Source: Octopus sinensis (lineage: Eukaryota). Taken from it: DNA of 64,000 nt. The stretch is taken from the NCBI RefSeq assembly GCF_006345805.1, contig NW_021833254.1, forward strand, positions 15,556 through 79,555, written 5' to 3'. Both the position numbers and the translations under genes were made by a program. The notes under the pieces are model-generated. The model was not told the origin of the DNA, ran no database searches, and saw only the letters and a program-made list of their open reading frames with translations. Within the stretch, counting starts at the first letter, position 1; every line of letters starts with the position of its first letter. Shown here in pieces: positions 13,185 to 25,749 of the stretch.

Positions 13185-13725
13185 TACCACTACTACTACT
13201 GATAAAGTTTGTTACAATGATGAGGACGACGACGACGAAGATGATGTTGATGATGATGACATCGAAGATGGTATTGATGATGATGGCGATGATGATGATG
13301 GTGATGATGATGATGATAATGATGATGATGATGGTGATGCTAATGATACTAACGATGATGACGACGACAACGACGACGACGATACTGGTATTAATAATAA
13401 TAGCCTTTTAAGTACGCAAATTTAAGAGAAGAACCATGAATAGCGCAATTAGGAAAACAAAATAGCAAAACTAATAAATCAACACTAATTGTAATTAGCA
13501 TTTTACTTAATTAATCAATCAATTACGTTTCAACTAAAGGGATTTTATAACTAATGATGTTTCGGAATCAGAATTTAAAATATGATTATATCACTTATTG
13601 AATTATAATTTTGTTTGGTATAGAAATTTACTGTCCTCACGTCGGAGTTGTTGCAGGTTCTGACACTTAAAATGTTTTTATTTGGTGTATGAAATAGATT
13701 TGTTTCTCTGGGCGTGTGTTGTGTG

Positions 13726-13761
<36 letters not shown>

Positions 13762-14118
13762 ATAGTTTGTAGAAAAACAACTGAAGTTTCTTAATGTTAT
13801 ATAGAAAGCTCTAGGCAAAATTATTAAAGTTCATAACAGCCCCTTTTTTTTCATGGACCTTTATAGTAAAGTATCAATTTAACACTTTAATTGCACATAT
13901 ATAAACAGAAACTGGAGGCAAAACTTGATTACGTAAATTTCAAATATATGTGTGTGTGTGTGTGTATGTGTATATGTATATTTACATGTATGTATAATAT
14001 AGGTATGTATATATATATATACACACAAATATAATATATATACATATTTATACCTTTATATATATACACATACATAGACATACGCATATATATCATATAT
14101 ATATATATATATATATAC

Positions 14119-14149
<31 letters not shown>

Positions 14150-14183
14150 ATATAATAATATATCTATATATATATATATATAC

Positions 14184-14230
<47 letters not shown>

Positions 14231-14691
14231 ATATATATATATATATATGGTATGTACATATACTTATGCATTGATATATATATATGATTATATGAGTGTG
14301 TACCTATATATATATATATATATATATATAAATACACCCACTCATACGCACACATATATATATGTGTATGTATGGATGTATATGTATATATCACGCGAAA
14401 AATACAAGAATTTTTAAAGTGTGATTTTATCGGATCTTGTCAGTATATAAATCGAATGAATTCAATTTAATTAAAATGAAATATAATTAAAGAAAAGTAA
14501 TTGGCCACACACATGCGGACACACTCACACATAAACTCACACAGAGTGTGACATTTCTAAAAAGCTATTCAATAATATGTCGCAATGAATTAAAGTTTGT
14601 CTAACATCGTTTATTGTAAAACATCCGAAATGCAGAAAGAAACGGTGGAAGACGACAAAGATCGACAACAACATTACATTAAATTGTATAG

Positions 14692-15175
14692 GCGCAGGCG
14701 TTGCTCTGTGATAGGAAGGTTGCTTACCAACCACATCGTTTTGGGTTCAGTCGCACTACGTCGCACCTTGGGCAAGCGTCTTCTAATTTAGCCTCAGGCC
14801 GACCAAAGCACTTTGAGTAGATTTAGTAGACGGTTAATGAAAGATCCGGTAATAATTATTATTGATATATAATAACATAAATATAATTACAATTCGGGGT
14901 CCTGAAGAGGCATCACCATGCCAGACATAGAAGTCAAAACTGACTCTAGAATCACATGATGTGGCACTAGAGTCAATCTTATCTGCTATTTCTGGCATAG
15001 TGGTGCGTCTTCGGTACACTTAATTATAATTATATATAGCAGTTCGGCGAAAGGAAATTGATAGAATAAATATCAAGCTCAAAAAATAAGTTCTGTGGTT
15101 GATTCGTTCGATTAAAATTCTTTAAAACAGTGCCCCAGCATGGCCACCAGGCACTTGACTAAAACAAGTAAAAGA
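14692..15175 (+). mobile_element. SINE S2 (head 14692-14848, tail 15035-15175) with a palindromic insert in its middle
   Basis: Head ggcgcaggcgttgctctgtgatagg..ggttcagtc and tail cggcgaaagg..gatagaataa..ccagcatggcc..aaacaagtaaaaga, both as in 58137-58520. Confidence 0.7.
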
Positions 15176-15381
15176 TAAACAATATATCTTGTCATGGCTT
15201 GGGGACGTCATTACGCCAACAATAAAACTAATACGCGCACTGAGAATAGACGTTGAGGGGATGGACAAGTCACTGAGAAGGTCACTAATAACAAGAGGTC
15301 TCTGACTAACAAACAATCATTTTATTGTCGAACCAGAAAACTAAACAAACAATCGATTAGTTAGTTGAACATTTAGCGAAT

Positions 15382-15545
15382 CCAGTTCTATATTTAAGAG
15401 ATGAGGAATTATGTACATTTGATAGATATTTGTCCTCATCTTGTTTCTTGTTAATAAAACGTTTCGGCTGATATACCCTCCAGCCTTCATCAGGTGTCTT
15501 GGGGAAATTTCGAACCTGGGTTCTCATTCCTGAGGTACTTTTCGA

Positions 15546-15613
<68 letters not shown>

Positions 15614-15676
15614 TCACTGCCTGGAATCGAACTCGGAATCTCGGGGTTAGTAGCCCGCGCTCTAAACCACTACGTC
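15382..15676 (-). mobile_element. Composite element S4: tRNA-like head + (AAT)n + hammerhead-bearing tail
   Basis: Minus strand: TAGTGGTTTAGAGC (A box), ctactaa loop, GAGTTCGATTCC (B box), (AAT)n, then gacac-CTGATGA-A-GGCTG..CAGCC-GAAA-CGTT. Confidence 0.8.
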
Positions 15677-15679
15677 ATT

Positions 15680-15741
15680 AACCCGACGATTCCGACTTCG
15701 ATATCCAGGCATTGACCTGAATAATAATAATAATAATAATA

Positions 15742-15804
<63 letters not shown>

Positions 15805-15933
15805 TCGAAAAATACTCAGGTTTGAACTTTACCCAAGACACATGAGGAAGGTTGGAGGGTATGTCAACCGAAACGTTGTGTTAACAACAAACAAGTTGGG
15901 GACAAATATCCGTCAAAAGTGAATAATGTAAAT
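15680..15933 (+). mobile_element. Second, inverted copy of S4 (5' truncated head)
   Basis: aacccgacgattccgacttcgatatccaggcattgacctg(AAT)n...gacac-ATGAGGA-A-GGTTG..CAACC-GAAA-CGTT-GTGTT. Confidence 0.8.
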
Positions 15934-16006
15934 ACATTTAGCGAATTGAATAACAATGAAAAAAGTAATTTTGAACCAGTGCGCATGTTATTATTATTAT
16001 AATTAC

Positions 16007-16087
<81 letters not shown>

Positions 16088-16090
<3 letters not shown>

Positions 16091-17335
16091 TAGTTTTATT
16101 TTTATAGCGTGCTTTCACTTCACTACCGAGCGCAGCTCTGTATGCCTTGGGTATGTGCTGTGATTTGTTGTGATGCTCTGATGGTTATTGTATGGAAAGT
16201 GTTCTGCGTAGGATGTGTGCAGTGCCTAGTAGTGCAATTTTCTGTATGTTATATGTGTTTGTAAGTCCTGGTGTTTTTGTTATGTATTTGTCTGAATATT
16301 TTTTACCATGCCTAATGCACTTACTATGATAGGAATTGTTTCGGTTTTTTGATTCCACATTCTGGTTACCTCTATTTCCAGGTCTTGGTATTTTGAAAGT
16401 TTCTCCATTTCTTTTAGAGACTCGTTGTCATCTACCGGTAATGATACATCAATTAGAAAGCATTTCTTTTCTTCATGATCTCTGACAACTATATCTGGTC
16501 TGCTGGCCTTAATTTCTCTATTTGTGTGTATTGGCATATCTCAGAGTATAGTTGCTTTATCGTTTTCTGTGACCTTTTCTGGTGTGTGCCTATACAATCC
16601 TTTTTCTGTTGTTATTCCATAATGTTGGCATAGCTTCCAGTGTATGTAGGTTCCAACTCTGTCGTGTCTGTGAATATATTCCTTCTTAGCCAGGACTGGG
16701 CAGCCAGAGATAATATGATTTATTGTTTCTTGTCCATCTCCACATATTCTGCAGTTACTTGTTATGTTTCTTTTCATTACATGTTTTTGGTAATTTCTGG
16801 TGGAGATGTTTTGGTCTTGTGCTGCAATTAAAAATCCCTCTGTCTCTGCTTTGAGTCCTGAGCTTCTCAACCATTGCTGGGATTTTTCTTTGTCTATTTC
16901 TTTTGCATTTAGTTTAGTTCAGTACTTGCCATGAAGGGGCTTTTCTTACCATTGTTTTATCATGGTCCGTTGCTGTTTTAGTTTTAGTTTTGATTTCATT
17001 TGCTTTATACCTTTTGTTGTGTTTTCTTCTTCTTCTTCTTCTTCTTCTTCTTCTTTCTTCTTCTTCTTCTTCTTCTTCTTCTTCTTCTCTCTTCTTCTTC
17101 TTCTCTTCTTTTCTTCTTCTTCTTCTTCTTCTTCTTTCTTCTTCTTCTTCTTCTTCTTCTTCTTCTTCTCTTCTTCTTCTTCTTCTTCTTCTTCTTCTTC
17201 ATATTTGTTAGGTGGTATGATTTCTTGTTTGTATTTGTCAGCTTCCTTAAATACTGAGAACATTTTTTTGTTTTGCTCGTGTTTTGCCGCTATCTGGATC
17301 AGTTTTCCTTCCTTCTGAAGTAGATATTTTTGCAG

Positions 17336-17336
<1 letters not shown>
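16088..17336 (-). mobile_element. 5'-truncated R4/Dong-like LINE family A, flanked by (ATT)n on both sides
   Basis: ETEGFLIAAQDQ, CRICGDGQETINHIISGC, HRHDRVG..HWKLC and SRPDIVVRD..LIDVS..EKLSKY. It has the family A 3' UTR and an internal (GAA)n. Confidence 0.95.
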
Positions 17337-17380
<44 letters not shown>

Positions 17381-18008
17381 GGTTTATCGACACTCCCAAA
17401 TCACAAGATTTGTTTCAACACACCAATTGTCATCCACAATTTACCGAAAAAATACAAAAAACGCAATCGAAGGTATAATTATTTATATACGTCTGTAAAT
17501 CATGTATAGTGAAAAAAATTTAAGATTGCAATTTCTGCACAAAATATGCATAATTTTCTTGTCTCATGCAACGTATATGCTACAATAGTGTAAGCGTCTA
17601 TAGTTTGAAACCGCACCTCTTAATCTTATAGTTTCTTACTACCGTATACCACTTGTATATTCGGAGCTCAGACTGTTTGATAACTACAGCATGGCGTATA
17701 TCAAAACAATTGATGGACAGTTATATTTGATAGTTGTCTTGGCCACAATCATTTCAAATCATGGAGTCAATACTGCACGCCATTATGTCTATCGATGTTG
17801 TAGTCTCTCATACCATACGACATTCTTCGTCATCATGAGTACATTTGAGTCGCCATCTTCAGTTACTTCCTGACATAATGATGAGGTGTGTATCAAAACC
17901 TGCCGTGATAAAATCGGAGTAGCCAAATTATTTAAAGGGTTGATTAAAATTTAGGCCCATGTATTGAATTTTGTTTGGATACTTCTCAGTAAGTATGACG
18001 TATATATG

Positions 18009-18081
<73 letters not shown>

Positions 18082-18088
18082 GTGTGTG

Positions 18089-18124
<36 letters not shown>

Positions 18125-18674
18125 GTAAAACTTTAAATGACCGAATATATTGTTTATATTGAGGTCAAACACTAAATTGTTTAACCAACTTTCGTGGTGC
18201 TTGAGCAGACTTGTGATTAGAAATACTCCAGCAAGGACTAACTCGTCTGTTTCAATGAGACACAGCTCCTCTTAATTCCACCTTATTTTGCATAAAGGGG
18301 TTACTTTAACGCGTGTGCTTGGCACAACTTGAATGACGCATGTGTGCTATTTCAAGCTGTCCAGATACTTTTTTGAGTATTGGTGATAAACGGCAATCAG
18401 GGAAGCACCATTTTATCTTCAATCAAATATTCAATATTCAATAATCAAATACCTAGCTATTCTCTGATGAAGTCTCGAGTATCCCAGGAGAAAATGGTTT
18501 TAAGTGTTCAGGACAACAATAATTTAATGAAATTGTAAGGTTAATGATTCATTATTGCTCTCGACAATGATAGCGTCCCATAGGTTCACGCAGCCATACA
18601 CACACGCACACACACATACATACATACATACACACATGCACATATTAAATACGTTTATAAATATGAACGTATAA

Positions 18675-18915
18675 ATGTGGCTGCGTGGCAAGATGTTTCG
18701 TTCCCCAGTCCACTCAGCTGGCAAAAATGAGTTGTACCTGCATTTCAAAGGGGCCAGCCTTGCCCCCTTCTGTGTCACGCTGGATCTCCCTGAGAATTAC
18801 GTTAAGGGTACACGTGTCTGTGGAGTGCTCAGCCACTTGCACGTTGATTTCATGAGCAAGCTGTTCCGTTGATCGTATCAGCTGGGACCCTCGTCGTCGT
18901 AACCGACGGACTGGG
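18675..18915 (+). mobile_element. SINE S3, 5' truncated
   Basis: ccagtccactcagctggcaaaaatgagttgtacc...ccctcgtcgtcgtaaccgacgg, the reverse complement of 11118-11340. Confidence 0.85.
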
Positions 18916-19661
18916 AGGAGGAGGAGGGTATGCGTGCATGCATGTATGTATATAGGTATGTATATAAAATGCCTCTGCACAGTTTCTACTAACTACCACA
19001 CTAGCAAGGCTGTAGTGAGTTCTAGGCTATAATATAAAACACTTGTGTAGGAGGCCTCACGGTGAGATCGAACGAGTAGCTCGGGCCTGGAATCTTAGTA
19101 CTTGTAATTAAGATATATATTTGTATTTTTTACTAGTTTTAAAAGTTACCATTGAAATTAATACACGTATCAAGATAAAAATTAATAGATTCCATATTTA
19201 AATTGCTGTGGCATTCGATTAGATAATAATGTAATTTTAATGCAACGAAAATAGATTCCTTAATTACAAGAATTGGTGCTAACCAAATGGATTCTTAGAA
19301 TGTAATCTTTGATAGTCTTTGCTTCATTTCATTCTTTGTGATGGAAAATTAGAGACAGATAAATAGAAAGATAGAGAGAGAGAGAGAGAAAATGCAGAAC
19401 AACACGGAGTCTGAGAGAGGGGGATGGTGGAGTAAGAGAGAGGGAGATGAGGAGAAGTTGTGTGTTATAGAATAGACGAGAAAGTGAGAGACAATTACGC
19501 GAAAAGTAATTAGGGATTGGTCTTAATGGAATGAGGACATGGATGATGGAACCAGAGCTGAATTTCATTTCTGTAAATAGAAAAATGTATCCAAGATATT
19601 ACATTGTAGCACGATTAGAGCAAATAATTATAATGACAATTGCAGCAGCAGTGGTAGCAGC

Positions 19662-19698
<37 letters not shown>

Positions 19699-19818
19699 AT
19701 AATAATAATTAACATTATGATTACAGTAATAATTGTAAAAATGCAATAATGATGGTCCTAATAATAACAATGATAATAATAATAATAATATAATAATAAT
19801 AATAATAATAATATTAAT

Positions 19819-19887
<69 letters not shown>

Positions 19888-19931
19888 GATGACGATGATT
19901 ATAATAATAATGATAATTATTATTATTAATA

Positions 19932-20835
19932 TGGAAGGCCCTGGGACCAAATGGAGTTCAAGGCTACTGGATCAAAAGATTTGGTGAATGTTATGCAGAA
20001 ATAGCTGCACAACTCAACACCTTGTTAAATGGCGACCAAGTCTCAGCAAAGTGGCTGAAAACGGGTAGGACAGAGCTGTGCTTGGAAAGCGTCGAAGAAG
20101 CAATAGGGTAGAGAATTACAGGCCGATGTCCTTGCCACTTATGTGGAAATTATTGACTGGGATAGTCGCACAGTCAATCTACGGACATCTGGAAAAAAAA
20201 TGGAGTCCTGCCACATGAGCAGAAAGGTTGCAAGCGTAAGTGCAGAGGTACCATGTATCAACTCCTGGTAGATAAAAATGTACTTAGAGAATGCAAGAGG
20301 CGGAAAACTAACTTAGCCATGTCATAGAGTGATTATAGTAAGACGTACGATATGTTCTCACGTTCTTGGATTCATGGAATGTATGAACATGTTTGGTATT
20401 GCATCGAATGTTGAGCGATTGCTTGGAAAAGGAGGGGCTATGTATAATACCACTAACACTGATTCTGAGGAAGGCAAAAGCTGGTGATGTATTCAAATAC
20501 CGCCAACAAAAAGTCAACCACTTGTTATTCATGGATGATCTCAAACTTTATGGTAAAGATGAATCCTAAGTCAGTTCCCACGTTGATACGGTGTATAATT
20601 TCAGTGATGATATCAGAATGGAGTTCAGACTAAGAAAGTGTGGTGTATTAGTTTTGAAGAGAGGCAAAATCAAATGTATGGACGGGCTAGTGATACTGTC
20701 GGGGTAAGGAATGATGCAGATAGAAGAAACGGGCTCTAAGTACCTAGGGTTATTGGAAATGAATAAATTGATGGAGAAAGAAATGACAGAAACATTTAAG
20801 ATGGAGTATTTTCGCAGACTGAGACTGATACTTAC
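19932..20835 (+). pseudogene. Decayed RT fragment of a further RLE LINE family, preceded by (AAT)n
   Basis: [54 protein letters not shown] and KYLGLLE, with stops and frameshifts. Confidence 0.85.
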
Positions 20836-21414
20836 GTAGGTGTAATCGTGTTGGACCTCTTCATAAATATGTTGTCAGGGAAAACACAAATAAATATGTT
20901 TTAAAATTTCCAGCTTATAAATTTTAACCACAATCAGGTATAAGACAAAATGCAAATATTCTGTTAGATAGCATCCATCCTTTCGAGCGAACAAACTTTA
21001 GGGCCACAACTCTGTAAACGACTTATTCAGGTTTTTCTAGAATTTGTTTCACACGTAGAAATACTTCCAGAATTTCTCAATATTATCATGTGTAAACACA
21101 GAAACACAAACACACTAACACACAGAGGTGTATGTTTCAACATCATAGCATCTTCATTTCGTTTATGATGAAAATCGTAGTAAAGGTAACCACGGGCATC
21201 AGACTCCATGAATAAGAGATGTCTCACTGCTTCACATATTCATATACTCAGGTTTTGATTTTATAAGGAAAAAGAACGAGATCGAACAAACGTTACCATG
21301 CTGGGAAATCGACTTGCCCACCACCCTGGAATTGCTGTGCGAAAATTTGAAACCAATAGAAACTAAAGGAATAAACATTTGAAAATTTACTCACCACCAC
21401 CACTATAATAGTAC

Positions 21415-21620
21415 CATGCATCACAACCATATGTGTACGAAATGGTGATCTCCGGACAGGCTCAACTGGTTAAGGTCAAACAACTGACAAGCACATCTGT
21501 AGTATTGAGCAGAATATTTGCTGTGAACCCTCTTTTATATCAAGACAAAATAATGTACATGATAACACTTCCAATCAGTTAAGATCAGAAGCCATGAGAG
21601 CCACTGGCCGATACTGCATT
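21415..21620 (-). mobile_element. Internally deleted copy of the 555 bp (AAT)n-associated element (5' end)
   Basis: ctcaactggttaaggtcaaacaactgacaagc...cagttaagatcagaagccatgagagccactg matches the reverse complement of 43425-43570. Confidence 0.8.
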
Positions 21621-21814
21621 AATTATTATCAGACAGACAGTTCTTTACGCAATATGCGTGCAGTTCCAAGTAATGCCATCTGTTGCAATACATCTAGATT
21701 GTAGGGTATTTCTAAAGTTTTCAGATGATTGTTTTTACAGATTGAGTGGTATTGAAACCAAAGCTCCGATGAGAATAGGGATTACCTTTATGTTTGACCC
21801 ACGTAACTGCATAT

Positions 21815-22015
21815 GGGGGCCCTCAGTCTCCATCTTTATCAACCTGTTCTCTTTCTTTCATGATGATATGTTCATCTCCTGATACTGCCACCTCAATTAT
21901 TAGGCACTCTCGTTTGTCCATCTTAAAGGTTACTATATCGGGTCTACGGTTACTATATCCCTGTCTCTCTGAAAGTCAGTCCCAGAGGATTTTTGCCTTC
22001 ACCTTTTCTTCCATC
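21815..22015 (-). mobile_element. Short RLE endonuclease fragment abutting (ATT)n
   Basis: Minus-strand translation NRRPDIVTFKMDKRECLIIEVAVSGDEHIIMKE. Confidence 0.65.
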
Positions 22016-22016
22016 A

Positions 22017-22096
<80 letters not shown>

Positions 22097-22347
22097 CATT
22101 GTTATCACCATAAAATGACAACAAAATTTGTTCTTTCAAAATCACGATCGAAATGTGATTTTCATAATGGTAAGTAGGCTTAGAAAGTTCAGGGATATCG
22201 ACTGGTAGGATGTAAAACATAGATTTACTGTCTGATGAGAATAGCTGAATATACGCTTCAAACTGAACAACACTATTCAGAAGAAATATAAAATTTTAGT
22301 GTACGTCATTCAGTATGTTATATATATATATGTATATATTTATATAT

Positions 22348-22417
<70 letters not shown>

Positions 22418-22629
22418 GTATATACATATAATAAATACATTATATATATATATGCATAATAATATATGTATATATATATATATATTATATATATATATAT
22501 ATATATAATATATATATATACGTGCATGTATGTACGTGTATATACATACATATATATTTATATATAGATGCATAAGTACTCATCTGTATATGCTTTATAT
22601 ATATCTCTATATATACATTTATGTATATG

Positions 22630-22660
<31 letters not shown>

Positions 22661-23024
22661 TTATGTGTACGAATGCATGAAGACCAACACATATGTCTGC
22701 CACGTCAGTGTTATGCTGTCTGCGATTAAGTAATTGCTAAAATGTTCAACATGAATTCACTGATGCAGCTTCAAAGCTTATGACTGTATTTCAAGGAGCT
22801 TTATGCATATAAATATAAAGTCTGTCGGACTGTGTCAAATATTCTATACGCATGAAGTCGAATTTGCATTTTATTCTTCCATGGTCATGTACCGGTGTCT
22901 ATATGGGATCCAACACCTTTCCAGCTATCCGGATATTATAAGTATTCAAGAAATCATTAATGAAATAGTAATAATAATAATGATGATGATAATAAAAATA
23001 AAAATAATAATAATAATAATAATG

Positions 23025-23125
<101 letters not shown>

Positions 23126-23173
23126 AATAATAATAATAATATGATATATATATGTATACATATGCAATATTGA

Positions 23174-23204
<31 letters not shown>

Positions 23205-23239
23205 TAGTTGTGTATATATCTCAGTGTCTATATGTACAT

Positions 23240-23600
23240 ATTTGTACGTGTCTGTCAGATTTTGGTAAATATTTTGTACGCGAATACAAACGACGCCATG
23301 ACAATGTGGCAAGAATGATCCATTGGGAGCTCTATGGAAGTAGTGGCCTGCAAAGAGCAATGACGTGGTAAGCACAAACCCCAGGAATTGCCGAAAATAG
23401 GAACTGTAAAATTCTGTGGGATGTAATGATCCAGTGCGATCACCCGACCAGACATTGGAATCTGGACATTGTTGTGATGAAGAGAAAATAGAGAACATGT
23501 ATGATTATCGACATAGCATGCCCCGGTGACAACAGGATCAGAAGAAAAAATAAATGACTATGACGATTTGAAGTGGGAAATAGCAATTGGTGCACTTGGA
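23240..23600 (+). mobile_element. Decayed RLE LINE 3' fragment
   Basis: KRRHDNVARMIHWEL, CKILWDVMIQCDH and CMIIDIACPGDNRI. Confidence 0.7.
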
Positions 23601-23785
23601 AGTATCAGCGCTCAACAACCAACAGGGCTGACACAGATCAGTGCAAGTGGCTTCTAATCCTATGCGATTGAAAGTCTTATCATCATTTCGAGGCCAATGG
23701 GATAAATGCCAGCTAAGTATTGGGGTTGAGGTAATCAATTAGTCCCTCCCGCAAAATCCCACTTCTTGTGCATGTAGTAGAAAGA

Positions 23786-23855
<70 letters not shown>

Positions 23856-23858
<3 letters not shown>

Positions 23859-24345
23859 TAGTTTTATTTTTATAGCGCGCTTTCAGTTCACTACCGAGCG
23901 CAGCTCTGTGTGCCTTGGGTATGTGCTGTGATTTGTTGTGATGCTCTGATGGTTATTGTATGGAAAGTGTTCTGCGTAGGATGTGTGCAGTGCCTAGTAG
24001 TACAATTTTCTGTATGTTATATGTGTTTGTAAGTCCTGGTGTTTTTGTTATGTATTTGTCTGAATATTTTTTTATCATGCCTAATGCACCTACTATGATA
24101 GGAATTGTTTCTGTTTTCAGGTTCCACATTCTAGTTACCTCTATTTCCAGGTCTTTGTATTTTGAGAGTTTCTCCATTTCTTTTAGAGACACGTTGTCAT
24201 CTGCCGGTATTGATACATCAATTAGAAAGCATTTTTTTCTTCATGATCTCTGACAACTATATCTGGTCTGTTGGCCTTAATTTCTCTATCTGTGAGTATC
24301 GGAATATCCCAGAGTATGGTTGCTTTCTCGTTTTCTGTGACCTTT
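23856..24345 (-). mobile_element. Family A 3' fragment, variant A1 (copy 1)
   Basis: 490 bp endonuclease C-terminus plus 3' UTR between (ATT)n runs. It is essentially identical to 24426-24916. Confidence 0.95.
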
Positions 24346-24361
24346 ATTATTATTATTATTA

Positions 24362-24425
<64 letters not shown>

Positions 24426-24428
<3 letters not shown>

Positions 24429-24913
24429 TAGTTTTATTTTTATAGCGCGCTTTCAGTTCACTACCGAGCGCAGCTCTGTGTGCCTTGGGTATGTGCTGTG
24501 ATTTGTTGTGATGCTCTGATGGTTATTGTATGGAAAGTGTTCTGCGTAGGATGTGTGCAGTGCCTAGTAGTACAATTTTCTGTATGTTATATGTGTTTGT
24601 AAGTCCTGGTGTTTTTGTTATGTATTTGTCTGAATATTTTTTTATCATGCCTAATGCACCTACTATGATAGGAATTGTTTCTGTTTTCAGGTTCCACATT
24701 CTAGTTACCTCTATTTCCAGGTCTTTGTATTTTGAGAGTTTCTCCATTTCTTTTAGAGACACGTTGTCATCTGCCGGTATTGATACATCAATTAGAAAGC
24801 ATTTTTTTTCTTCATGATCTCTGACAACTATATCTGGTCTGTTGGCCTTAATTTCTCTATCTGTGAGTATCGGAATATCCCAGAGTATGGTTGCTTTCTC
24901 GTTTTCTGTGACC

Positions 24914-24916
<3 letters not shown>
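24426..24916 (-). mobile_element. Family A 3' fragment, variant A1 (copy 2)
   Basis: ORF track 24523-25053: KATILWDIPILTDREIKANRPDIVVRD..LIDVSIP..EKLSKYKDL. Confidence 0.95.
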
Positions 24917-24980
<64 letters not shown>

Positions 24981-24983
<3 letters not shown>

Positions 24984-25585
24984 GTTTGACTTTTGCTTTA
25001 TGTTTGTACAAGTTGGCTCCATGTCTCACCCAGACAGAGACTTCAAGAGACAACAGGCTGGAAGTTTACGTTGTTGTTATGCCTAGTGTGCCATATATTT
25101 GGGGTTTTTTTGGTGTTGTACAAGTGAATGTCTAATAAATAAATTTAAAAAAGAAAAAAAAGTTTGTTTTAAACCTTGAGATTACATAGAGAGTATTTTG
25201 CGTAGGATATGAGCAGTTCCCATGAGCACTATCTTTTGAATTTCTGCCATTTTGGGGTTTCCTGGTATCTGAGTTAGGTAGCAAACAGCCCCTTTCGCTA
25301 TCATTCCCAGGGCACCTATGACAACAGGTATTGTTTTAGTCTTCAGGTTCCACATTTTGCTGATTTCTATTTCAAGATCTTTATATTTGCTCAGTTTTTG
25401 GTAGGTCTTGACAAATACGTTTATATCGATTGGGACCGTCATATCAATGAAGAGGCATGTTCTTTGTCTGAAGTCTTTCAATATGATGTCTGGCCTATTT
25501 GCATCTATATTTCTGTCAGTTTGAATGGTGAAGTTCCAGAGGAGTGAGATGTGGTTATCTTCAAGCACTGGAGGTGGATTGTGGA
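24981..25585 (-). mobile_element. RLE LINE family B 3' fragment (copy 1)
   Basis: LLWNFTIQTDRNIDANRPDIILKD..FIDMTVP..KLSKYKDLEIEI..GTAHILRKILSM*, plus a distinct 3' UTR, flanked by (ATT)n. Confidence 0.95.
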
Positions 25586-25639
25586 TTATTATTATTATTA
25601 TATTATTATTATTATTATTATTATTCTTATTATTATTAT

Positions 25640-25749
<110 letters not shown>

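Noticed and set aside
13470-13560. Cluster of TAAT/ATTA homeodomain sites
   Set aside because: Expected by chance in DNA this AT-rich.
15610-15676. tRNA gene
   Set aside because: It has A/B boxes but no complete acceptor stem and continues into a repeat body. It is a SINE head, and the same applies to the S1-S3 heads.
18463-18505. Hammerhead-like CTGATGA-A-gtctc...gaga-AAA
   Set aside because: The GAAA junction and stems I and III cannot be formed. It may be a very decayed Penelope remnant.
22230-22290. Hammerhead-like CTGATGA-GAATAG...CTATTC
   Set aside because: Stem II is present, but it is followed by AGAAG rather than GAAA, with no stem I or III.
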